Positions 47,079-54,225 of a stretch of DNA of 64,000 nt are shown here, in pieces. The stretch spans positions 987 through 64,986 of the forward strand of contig MHOO01000003.1 in NCBI GenBank assembly GCA_001820095.1, in the 5' to 3' direction. The DNA is from Candidatus Staskawiczbacteria bacterium RIFCSPHIGHO2_01_FULL_39_25 (lineage in GTDB: Bacteria > Patescibacteriota > Minisyncoccia > Minisyncoccales > Staskawiczbacteraceae). Every line of letters starts with the position of its first letter. Position 1 is the stretch's first letter. A program made the translations under genes and the position numbers. The notes under the pieces were generated by a model. It was not told the origin of the DNA. It ran no database searches and saw nothing but the letters and a program-made list of their open reading frames with translations.

Positions 47079-47246
47079 TTTAAAATTTACTCGCCTTAAC
47101 GGCAAAAATTTTCTCCCCCCAGCCCAGAAAATTTTTGCTCGTCGTTTGTTTCGCCCCGTGTGCCCGCGGGCATACGGTCTTGTTCGTCGTCGGTTCGTTC
47201 GTCAATTTTCCACAAAATAGGTTTTAGCGTGGTTGTATATATACTC
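47079..47246. repeat. Right arm of the perfect 168-bp inverted repeat
   Basis: See 45421-45588. It contains the internal palindrome tgcccgcgggca. Confidence 0.95.
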
Positions 47247-47339
47247 TGGTTTAAATAGGGGTAATGGAAGAAAAAATAGAGTAGTAAGCAAAAGAGCCAG
47301 GGATGGGCGTTTATTTATGGAGCAAAATAAAGAAATTGT

Positions 47340-47410
47340 GCCGCTTTAGCTTAGTGGCAAAGCAATGCTTTCGTAAAGCATGGACGCAAGTTCGATTCTT
47401 GCAAGCGGCT
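47340..47410 (+). tRNA. tRNA-Thr (anticodon CGT)
   Basis: Acceptor GCCGCTT/AAGCGGC, anticodon arm ATGCT-TTCGTAA-AGCAT, T-arm GCAAG-TTCGATT-CTTGC. Confidence 0.9.
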
Positions 47411-47446
47411 CTTGATATAACCTTCTCAATATGGTATTAGCTAGAT

Positions 47447-47712
47447 AGCACCAATTTTTAGGGCAGGGTCGGGGGACCTCTGCCTAGCACGACGGCTGAT
47501 GAGACGGTTTGAGTTACCTTGCCAAGGTTGAAACTGCGGCAATGTTTCTCCCTCAACAAGCGGAAGCTTGTTTTATACTGTGACAAGGGCAGGCATTTTT
47601 AGGTTCCGGGCCTGAACCCGCAGCGTATGCTGCTTAGCAGTATATGTTGAGGCCAAAACCTTGGCTCTTAGTCGTCAGGGGCTGTGTGGAATATTACACA
47701 CAGCCCTTTTTT
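47447..47712 (+). ncRNA. Candidate structured RNA or leader of unknown class, ending in a strong terminator upstream of cfa
   Basis: Helices: aacaagc-GGAA-gcttgtt (47555-47572), tatactg/cagtata (47574-80/47638-44), cctcaac/gttgagg (47551-57/47646-52), gcagc-gtat-gctgc (47620-33), gccaaggtt/aaccttggc (47521-29/47657-65). Terminator at 47678-47712. Confidence 0.4.
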
Positions 47713-47743
47713 CTTTATAAAAAATATATTACATTTAAAGAAA

Positions 47744-48856
47744 ATGCCTTACGCCAAACAGTATATTCAATCTCTCTTAGACAGTGCGGGGATTCAAATT
47801 AACGGCCCCAATGCTTTTGATATCCAGGTCTATAATGATCAGTTGTATCGCCGTATGTTAAGGGGTAATTCTTTGGCGCTGGGAGAATCCTATATGGAAG
47901 GATGGTGGGATGCAAAAGAGTTGGATGTATTTTTCTTTAAAATTTTTCAAGCCCGCCTTCATGAAAAAATGGCATGGTCCTGGTCGGAAATTATATCTTT
48001 TTTGCATGCAGTAATTTTTAACCTTGAAACCAAGTCCCGTTCTTTTATTGTCGGCAGGCAGCATTATGATATTGGAAATGATATTTATGCCGCCATGCTT
48101 GGCAAAACGCTTACCTACAGTTGCGGCTACTGGAAAGATGCCCAAAATCTTGACCAAGCGCAAGAGGCAAAACATAACCTTATATGCCAAAAGATAGGGT
48201 TAAAAAAGGGTGATAGAGTGCTGGATATTGGGTGCGGATGGGGGAGTTTCTTGAAATTTGCGGCAAAGGCCTATGGCGCGAAAGGCACGGGCATTACTGT
48301 TTCAAAAGAGCAAGCGGCATTGGCAAAAAATCTTTGCACAGGTTTACCTATAGAAATTCTCTTGCAAGATTATCGCGATACTACGGGAAAATTTGACCAT
48401 ATTGTTTCTGTGGGAATGTTTGAGCATGTAGGAGTGAAAAATTACCGTACCTACATGGAAGATGTGAACAATCTTTTAAAAGACGACGGTTTGTTTCTTC
48501 TTCATACCATTGGTTCAAGCCGTGGCATATCCATTGACCCTTGGATAGAAAAATATATTTTTCCTAATAGCATGCTTCCTTCTGCTGCGCATATTAGCAA
48601 GGCCATAGAGGGTATTTTTGTCATGGAGGATTGGCATAACTTCGGAGCATATTACGATAAAACGCTCATGGCATGGTTTGAAAATTTCAACGCGCATTGG
48701 CTCCAACTGCAATCAAAATACTCTGAAACGTTTTATAGGATGTGGAAGTATTACTTGCTTAGCTGCGCGGCCAGTTTTAGGGCGCGCCATAACCAACTAT
48801 GGCAAATTATCCTTTCAAAAAGGGGAGTAAAAGGAGGATATGTATCGGTAAGATAA
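47744..48856 (+). CDS. cfa: Cyclopropane-fatty-acyl-phospholipid synthase
   Basis: HYDIGNDIY...VLDIGCGWGSF...VSVGMFEHVG. The start is moved to ATG 47744 because the ORF-track start lies inside the terminator hairpin. Confidence 0.92.
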   Translation: MPYAKQYIQSLLDSAGIQINGPNAFDIQVYNDQLYRRMLRGNSLALGESYMEGWWDAKELDVFFFKIFQARLHEKMAWSWSEIISFLHAVIFNLETKSRSFIVGRQHYDIGNDIYAAMLGKTLTYSCGYWKDAQNLDQAQEAKHNLICQKIGLKKGDRVLDIGCGWGSFLKFAAKAYGAKGTGITVSKEQAALAKNLCTGLPIEILLQDYRDTTGKFDHIVSVGMFEHVGVKNYRTYMEDVNNLLKDDGLFLLHTIGSSRGISIDPWIEKYIFPNSMLPSAAHISKAIEGIFVMEDWHNFGAYYDKTLMAWFENFNAHWLQLQSKYSETFYRMWKYYLLSCAASFRARHNQLWQIILSKRGVKGGYVSVR

Positions 48857-48913
48857 CTATCTTTAATTGTTTTTTAAAATATGCTACATTTAAAATACTA
48901 AATCCACTACAAT

Positions 48914-50015
48914 ATGGTCCAAATAACTCAAAATATAGAGGGATTAGAGGAGAAAGTCCATTATTTAGTGGACCGCCTTTGATGTAAATGGAAAGCAAAA
49001 AGAGTTAAAGAAGCTGGAAGCAGAAACACAGGCCCCTGAATTTTGGAAAGACCAGGAAAGGGCAACTGCCGCAAGCCAAAAGATCGCTTTTTTAAAAGAG
49101 GAAATAGAAACAATAGAATCACTGAAAAAAGAATTAATTGACCTAAAAGAGCTGGAGTATTTGACAAAAAGCGATGAAAACCTTAAGAAAGAACTAGAAA
49201 AAAAGTGGAGCGTATTGAAAGAAAAAATTGCCAAAGAAGAATTTAGAATTTTCTTATCTGGCAAATACGACCGCAATAATGCGATTATAGAAATATTTTC
49301 GGGGGCAGGGGGTGTGGATGCCCAGGATTGGGCCACGATGCTTTTGAGGATGTATGAGAGGTATTGCGCACAAAAAAGGTTTTCAGTCCAGGTGTTGCAC
49401 CAGTCGTTTGGGGAGGCAGGCGGGCCGGATGGAAGAATTGGCACAAAATCAGCTACCTTGGAAATAAAAGGGAAGTATGCTTACGGCCTTTTAAAAAAAG
49501 AGACGGGAGTCCATAGATTGGTGCGCATTTCTCCGTTTAGTGCCCAAAAATTGCGCCATACATCTTTTGCGTTGGTTGAGGTTTTGCCGGAAATAGAGCA
49601 GCAAGATACAGAAATTGAAATAAAGCCTGAAGAGTTAAAAATAGATACATTCAGGGCATCAGGGCCTGGGGGGCAGTACGTCAACAAAACGGAATCAGCC
49701 ATACGAATTACCCATATACCAACAGGTCTGGTAGTTTCTTCGCAGTCAGAACGGCTGCAAGGCAAGAATAAGGAACACGCCATGAAAATCCTGTATGCCA
49801 AACTGCATCAGTTGCAAGCAGTAGAACATAAAAAAGAGCTGAAGGAAATTAAGGGCGAATCAATTTCTGCGTCTTGGGGGAACCAGATACGGTCATATGT
49901 CCTGCACCCTTATAGGATGGTAAAAGATTTAAGAACGCAGTATGAAACATCGGACACGGAAGGAGTATTGGATGGGGAATTAGATGAATTTATACAGGCC
50001 GAAATAAGAATCTAG
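48914..50015 (+). CDS. prfB: Peptide chain release factor 2, requiring a programmed +1 frameshift at CTT TGA T (48977-48983)
   Basis: Frame 1 is MVQITQNIEGLEEKVHYLVDRL, then TGA. The +1 frame continues DVNGKQKELKKLEAETQAPEFWKDQERA...SGPGGQYVNKTESAIRITHIPTG. Confidence 0.9.
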
Positions 50016-50121
50016 AATCTGGAATCTTGAATCTGGAATAGAATGCTGAATATGGGGCTTCGTATTCTAAATTCCAAATTCAATTCAAGCTACCAGATAC
50101 TAAATTCAAGATTCAAGTTAT
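50016..50121. repeat. MITE-like palindromic element, family B, copy 9
   Basis: tctagaatctggaatcttgaatctggaatagaat...attcaagctaccagatactaaattcaagattcaag. Confidence 0.85.
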
Positions 50122-50124
50122 AAA

Positions 50125-50805
50125 ATGATAAAATTTCAAAACGTTACAAAAATATATCCTCCAGATACTACCGTGTTGCACGACATTTGTTTTGAAGTAA
50201 AAGAAGGCGAGTTTGTTTCTATTGTAGGCAAGTCGGGTGCCGGAAAGACTACGTTAGTAAAATTGATTCTAGGGTTAGAAGAACCAACTTCTGGCAGTGT
50301 GTTTTTTGCGGGCAAAAATATCAGCGAAGCTTACGGCGCAGATCTCCAGGAAATACGGAGAAAAATAGGCGGTATTTACCAGGATTATAAGCTTCTGCCC
50401 GCAAAAACCGTTTATGAAAATGTAGCTTATGTCATGGCTGTAGAGGGTAAAGAAAACGAAGAAATCATTTCCCAAGTGCCTAAAGTATTAGAGGTTATAG
50501 GCCTTGCGGAAAAAAGCAATAACTTTCCAAAAGAGCTTTCGGGCGGGGAGCAGCAAAGGCTGGCCATTGCAAGGGCTTTGGTAAACCACCCCGATGTGGT
50601 TATTGCCGACGAGCCAACGGGAAACTTGGATCCCTATAACACCTATGAAGTCATAAGGCTTTTGCAGAAAATCCATCAGTCAGGCAAAACGGTTATTTTA
50701 TCAACTCACGATCGGGAAATTGTGAATAAATTAGGCAAGAGGGTCATTACCATAGAAAACGGCAGGGTTGTCCGCGACGAAGAAAAAGGAAGATTCATTA
50801 TCTAA
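50125..50805 (+). CDS. ftsE: Cell division ATP-binding protein FtsE
   Basis: GKSGAGKTT Walker A, LSGGEQQR signature, VVIADEPTGNLD Walker B. Confidence 0.95.
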   Translation: MIKFQNVTKIYPPDTTVLHDICFEVKEGEFVSIVGKSGAGKTTLVKLILGLEEPTSGSVFFAGKNISEAYGADLQEIRRKIGGIYQDYKLLPAKTVYENVAYVMAVEGKENEEIISQVPKVLEVIGLAEKSNNFPKELSGGEQQRLAIARALVNHPDVVIADEPTGNLDPYNTYEVIRLLQKIHQSGKTVILSTHDREIVNKLGKRVITIENGRVVRDEEKGRFII

Positions 50806-50947
50806 TTTGAAATTTGAAATTTGAAATTTGAATTCAATATTTCAATGATTAAATATTGCAATTTGAAAACACGACGTCGGCTTTTAATCATTTCAAATTC
50901 AATTAATTCAAATTGATTTCAAATTGTAAATTGTAAATTTCAAATTC
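50806..50947. repeat. Family F element (ATTTGAA)n / (TTCAAAT)n hairpin, copy 2
   Basis: TAA|TTTGAAATTTGAAATTTGAAATTTGAATTC...CATTTCAAATTCAATTAATTCAAATTGATTTCAAATTGTAAATTGTAAATTTCAAATTC. Confidence 0.85.
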
Positions 50948-51868
50948 GTGAATATGCTTACTAATCTAAAACGGGTTTTTCATTTTGCTTTTATTGATTT
51001 TTATCGCAACAAAGGAATGTCCGTTGCCGCAATTTTTGTATTGACTATTACCATGTTACTGGTAACCGGCCTTTTCTTTATGCGAGGCGTTAGCAATTTT
51101 TTAGTTGAAACCATACAAAATAAAATTGATATTGCCGCGTACTTTAAAGCAGATACTGAAGAAAAAGATATTTTAACCGTTAAAGAAGAAATTTTAAAAG
51201 ATTCTCCTGATATTAAAAGCATCAAATATGTATCACGAGAAGAAGCGTTGAATGATTTTATTGAAAAGCATAAAGATAATAATACTTTTTTAAAATCGTT
51301 AACCGAGGTAGGAGAGAACCCATTTTTAGCTTCTTTGAATATTATTACCAATGGAAGTACTGCCCAATATGAGCAAGTTAGTAATACCCTGCAAAAAGAT
51401 GAGTACGATACATTCATTGAGAAGGTTGATTTTTCTGAAAAAAAAGGTACTATTGAGAAGATTTTCTCAATCACGTCAAATATCAATAAATTTGGGTTAA
51501 TCTTGGGAGCTGTGTTGGTATTGGTAGCGGTATCAGTGGTTTTTAATACCATAAAGCTGATTATTGAATCATCAAAAGACGAAATTGCTACTATGAAAAT
51601 TGTGGGGGCTTCTACCTGGCTGATTAAGGCGCCCTTTATCATTCAGGGAGCAATTTTTGGAGCTATAGCGTTTACTACCTGTCTTTTAGTAACTCTAGCG
51701 GTTACGTACTTTTTATCGCCAGGGTTATCGGTTATTATGCCTGGATTCATCCTGTTTGAATATTTTATACTGAATCTCTGGATGATTATATTAATCCAAT
51801 TAGGTTTCGGGGTTGGATTAGGAATCGCTTCAAGCTTTATTGTGGTAAGAAAGTACCTTAAAGTCTAA
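50948..51868 (+). CDS. ftsX: Cell division permease FtsX
   Basis: Four-TM topology with a large periplasmic loop; IATMKIVGAS motif; adjacent to ftsE. Confidence 0.9.
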   Translation: MNMLTNLKRVFHFAFIDFYRNKGMSVAAIFVLTITMLLVTGLFFMRGVSNFLVETIQNKIDIAAYFKADTEEKDILTVKEEILKDSPDIKSIKYVSREEALNDFIEKHKDNNTFLKSLTEVGENPFLASLNIITNGSTAQYEQVSNTLQKDEYDTFIEKVDFSEKKGTIEKIFSITSNINKFGLILGAVLVLVAVSVVFNTIKLIIESSKDEIATMKIVGASTWLIKAPFIIQGAIFGAIAFTTCLLVTLAVTYFLSPGLSVIMPGFILFEYFILNLWMIILIQLGFGVGLGIASSFIVVRKYLKV

Positions 51869-51912
51869 TTTGAAATTTGAAATTTACAATTTGAAATCAA
51901 TTTGAAATATTA
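51868..51912. repeat. Family F heptamer array, copy 3 (single arm)
   Basis: aatttgaaatttgaaatttacaatttgaaatcaatttgaaat. Confidence 0.75.
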
Positions 51913-51942
51913 GAGTAGAGAAATCAAGAAAAAAATTCAAAA

Positions 51943-52014
51943 TTGCGGGATCGTCTAATGGTAGGACAACAGATTCTGGATCTGTTTATCTTGGTTCGAA
52001 TCCAAGTCCCGCAG
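51943..52014 (+). tRNA. tRNA-Gln (anticodon CTG)
   Basis: Acceptor TGCGGGA/TCCCGCA, anticodon arm ACAGA-TTCTGGA-TCTGT, T-arm CTTGG-TTCGAAT-CCAAG. Confidence 0.9.
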
Positions 52015-52066
52015 CACGCATGGGCTAAGTCGGGTGACCGAGTTGCATATGTAAATTTAAATAAAT

Positions 52067-52390
52067 ATGGGCGAAATTATTACTTACAAATCTAGTCCTA
52101 TCTCTAAGTACTGCCAAATGAAGTTTGGTGATGGAGATAGAATATTAATTTCTGTGGCGCGATCTGGGATTAAAATTGTTAAATTAAAATGGGCAGGTTT
52201 AGTTCCTTCAGAAACTATTTTTCAAATTTCAACAGCTGATCTCTTTTCCGATAATTACAAATTTGCACGAGGTCGACTTACAGAAAGATCGTTTGCGCTT
52301 GATATGTTGGATGTTTTTAAAGAAATATTTTTAAAACTGGATTCGCTTAATGAAGTTAAAGAGGAGCTAAATTTAATCTTCGTGAAATAA
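52067..52390 (+). CDS. Hypothetical protein
   Basis: 107-aa ORF; no recognisable motif. Confidence 0.45.
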   Translation: MGEIITYKSSPISKYCQMKFGDGDRILISVARSGIKIVKLKWAGLVPSETIFQISTADLFSDNYKFARGRLTERSFALDMLDVFKEIFLKLDSLNEVKEELNLIFVK

Positions 52391-52592
52391 AATTTAATCG
52401 TGTTTAAAAAATAATTAACTCAAGAGGAATTTGAATCAATAGCTCGTATAGGAATTTACCAAAAGATGGTTATATCATAAAATCCCTTTTAGGATTTAAG
52501 ACGGAGGGTGAAATAAAAGAAGAAACAAGAATAAATGGTTTTACTGCGAGTGAGGGTTATATTATTGAATCAAACTCATAAATAATAAAATT

Positions 52593-52850
52593 ATGATTCT
52601 TCATCAATGTCCAGAGTGCGATAAATCATTTAATAGTGGGTTAGACCTGTTTAACCACATAGAAAATTATCATCGCCAAATTGGAGCTATAACAAAAGAA
52701 AGCAAATGTCCTTACTGCAATAGTGAAAAAATTATGCCATTAGGCATAGAAAAGAATGGCGATGTTAATATTCAAACAGGGGGACTACAAGGAAAAGAAT
52801 ATCAAATTTATCGTTGCGAAAACTGCACACATCTTTGCAAGGGCAATTGA
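52593..52850 (+). CDS. Small zinc-finger protein (C2H2-type spacing plus a second Cys4 ribbon)
   Basis: CPEC-x12-H-x4-H (CPECDKSFNSGLDLFNHIENYH), then CPYC...CENC. Confidence 0.5.
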   Translation: MILHQCPECDKSFNSGLDLFNHIENYHRQIGAITKESKCPYCNSEKIMPLGIEKNGDVNIQTGGLQGKEYQIYRCENCTHLCKGN

Positions 52851-52879
52851 TTGTATATTTATGAGATTTATGCTATAAT
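52851..52879 (+). promoter_or_regulatory. Candidate promoter of the HD-hydrolase leader
   Basis: TTGTAT (52851-52856), 17-nt spacer ending TGc, TATAAT (52874-52879). Confidence 0.5.
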
Positions 52880-52885
52880 GAAAAT

Positions 52886-53051
52886 GTAGATGTAGATCGA
52901 AAAAAGAAAAACGCTTATTTTTCCCTTTTAGGGTAGGCAATCTGGGAAATCTGCGGAAAGCCAGATGAAATAAGCGACTAATCGTTCAAAGGCGGTTGGG
53001 AGATTTCATTCAGTGTAGTCAGCTGGATTAAATCTCTTAACCGCTTTTTTT
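52886..53051 (+). promoter_or_regulatory. Structured 5' leader (riboswitch- or attenuator-like, class unknown) with an intrinsic terminator
   Basis: Closing helix cgcttattt/aaataagcg (52912-20/52968-76) encloses ccc-tttta-ggg and atctgg-...-ccagat. Terminator gcggttgggag/ctcttaaccgc (52992-53044) plus T7. Confidence 0.4.
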
Positions 53052-53100
53052 GTTGGTCGGCTCAAAGTTAGTAGTTAGGAGTAAGTAAAAAGTAAAAATT

Positions 53101-53718
53101 ATGAATAATATAAATAACAATTTAGTAGAAAAAGCTCTTATTAAAGCTATTGAGCTTCATAAAGGTCAGGTAAGAAAGGGTGATGGTAAAATTCCTTATG
53201 TAGTCCATCCGATTGAAGTGGGCATTATAGTTGCCAGATACACAAACAACCCAGAACTTGTTGCTTCTGCTATTCTCCACGACACAGTAGAGGACTGCAA
53301 TTACTCATTAGAGAAAGTTGAAGAAGAATTTGGCGATGAGGTGAAAAACTTGGTTTCTGCTTTGACCGAAGACAAAACAATACCCGCTTGGATAGACAGA
53401 AAAGTAGAAAATTTACAGAGGTTAAAACTTAACCAAGACGCTTATTTCATTAAAACGGCTGATATTTTGGCAAATATGCGTTCACTGATTTCCGCACTCA
53501 AAGAAGAAGGAGATGTGGTATGGTCTCGGTTTAATACACATAAAGAGATGAAAATGGAATACTTTAAGGCGATTCTACAAGATACAGAAAACTTTCTGCC
53601 AGTGAAATTTCTTGAAGAATATGTTTCTGCTCTCAAAGACCTTGAATACTCTGAATTTTTAGAGAAAAAATCGGCACTCGGCTTTGTGGTTGAGAAATTA
53701 GGACTTGGTAAAAAATAA
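53101..53718 (+). CDS. HD-domain protein of the RelA/SpoT hydrolase type (small alarmone hydrolase-like)
   Basis: AIELHKGQVRKGDGKIPYVVHPIEV...AILHDTVEDC...FGDEVKNLVSALTE. Confidence 0.8.
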   Translation: MNNINNNLVEKALIKAIELHKGQVRKGDGKIPYVVHPIEVGIIVARYTNNPELVASAILHDTVEDCNYSLEKVEEEFGDEVKNLVSALTEDKTIPAWIDRKVENLQRLKLNQDAYFIKTADILANMRSLISALKEEGDVVWSRFNTHKEMKMEYFKAILQDTENFLPVKFLEEYVSALKDLEYSEFLEKKSALGFVVEKLGLGKK

Positions 53719-53920
53719 AAAACTTGAAATTCTTTTGCAGAAACTGCTATACTCTAATTGGAGTAGTGAGAGTTGATATTTTTCAGCATTTGGCTGGAAA
53801 CATTAATGTGTAATAAGTCCGTCATCTGCCTTTGTGCAGTGGATTTGCAAAGTTTGCAAAAGGTGCGGTTAAAAACAGTGGTGGCTTACGGGTCTATCAA
53901 GAGTGCTACTCCAATAAAAA

Positions 53921-53941
53921 ACTCCCAAAAGGAGATTTTTT
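53921..53941. terminator. Short bidirectional stem-loop; probable terminator of the minus-strand R-M operon
   Basis: ctcc-caaaa-ggag flanked by an A-run and a T-run. Confidence 0.45.
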
Positions 53942-53984
53942 ATTTGTAAAAACAAATTTTCTATTATACAGTTATGTTAAAGTT

Positions 53985-54212
53985 TTAAATGAGTGCGTCT
54001 AATTCTAAACGCATTGCTCTCCAATCAAAGGTTCGCAGTTCGTCCAAAAGGGGGAGATTAGAATCAGAACTGTTCAAAACTGGCGTAAAATCGCCAGTTT
54101 TGTTCGTAAAATCGGCTGTTTTGGTCGGTTCGAATTTTTTAAAATCAATAATATCAATGAGCCGCTGATATGGGCTCTCTGGAATATTCATTGTAATTTT
54201 AATAGCTAACAA
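53985..54212 (-). CDS. Small hypothetical ORF downstream of the endonuclease gene
   Basis: 75-aa ORF (possibly starting at the internal MNIPES); no motif. Confidence 0.3.
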   Translation of the reverse strand: MLAIKITMNIPESPYQRLIDIIDFKKFEPTKTADFTNKTGDFTPVLNSSDSNLPLLDELRTFDWRAMRLELDALI

Positions 54213-54225
54213 TTACCTTATCTAC

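Noticed and set aside
47496-47534. Hammerhead-ribozyme core motifs CUGAUGAG ... GAAAC in the tRNA-Thr/cfa spacer
   Set aside because: I could not draw helix II between the motifs, nor helices I and III with a UH cleavage site, in type I, II or III topology. It is likely a chance occurrence; cmsearch with the hammerhead models would settle it.
47601-47625. AGGUUCCGGGCCUGAACCCGCAGC, which resembles fragments of the SRP RNA helix 8 and RNase P P4 consensus
   Set aside because: The pieces form one local hairpin (ggttc/gaacc). The GGAA-tetraloop context of SRP RNA and the long-range P4 arrangement and other conserved regions of RNase P RNA are missing.
52015-52066. Attachment-site direct repeats of tRNA 3' ends, and integrase genes, at the borders of both tRNA-associated islands
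   Set aside because: I looked by eye for copies of the tRNA-Gln, tRNA-Gly and tRNA-Thr 3' halves near 59040-59280 and 47250-47340 and found none. No integrase or transposase ORF is present, so the islands are not called as integrative elements.
52391-52592. Possible pseudogene fragment (frame reading ...SLLGFKTEGEIKEETRINGFTASEGYIIESNS*)
   Set aside because: No start codon, only about 45 codons and no recognisable similarity, so the evidence is insufficient.
52921-52976. Possible c-di-GMP-I (GEMM-I) or ykkC-type riboswitch in the HD-gene leader
   Set aside because: Only partial motif resemblance. The second GEMM-I hairpin and the ykkC GGUCCGAGAG/ACACGG blocks are absent. It is reported as a leader of unknown class instead.
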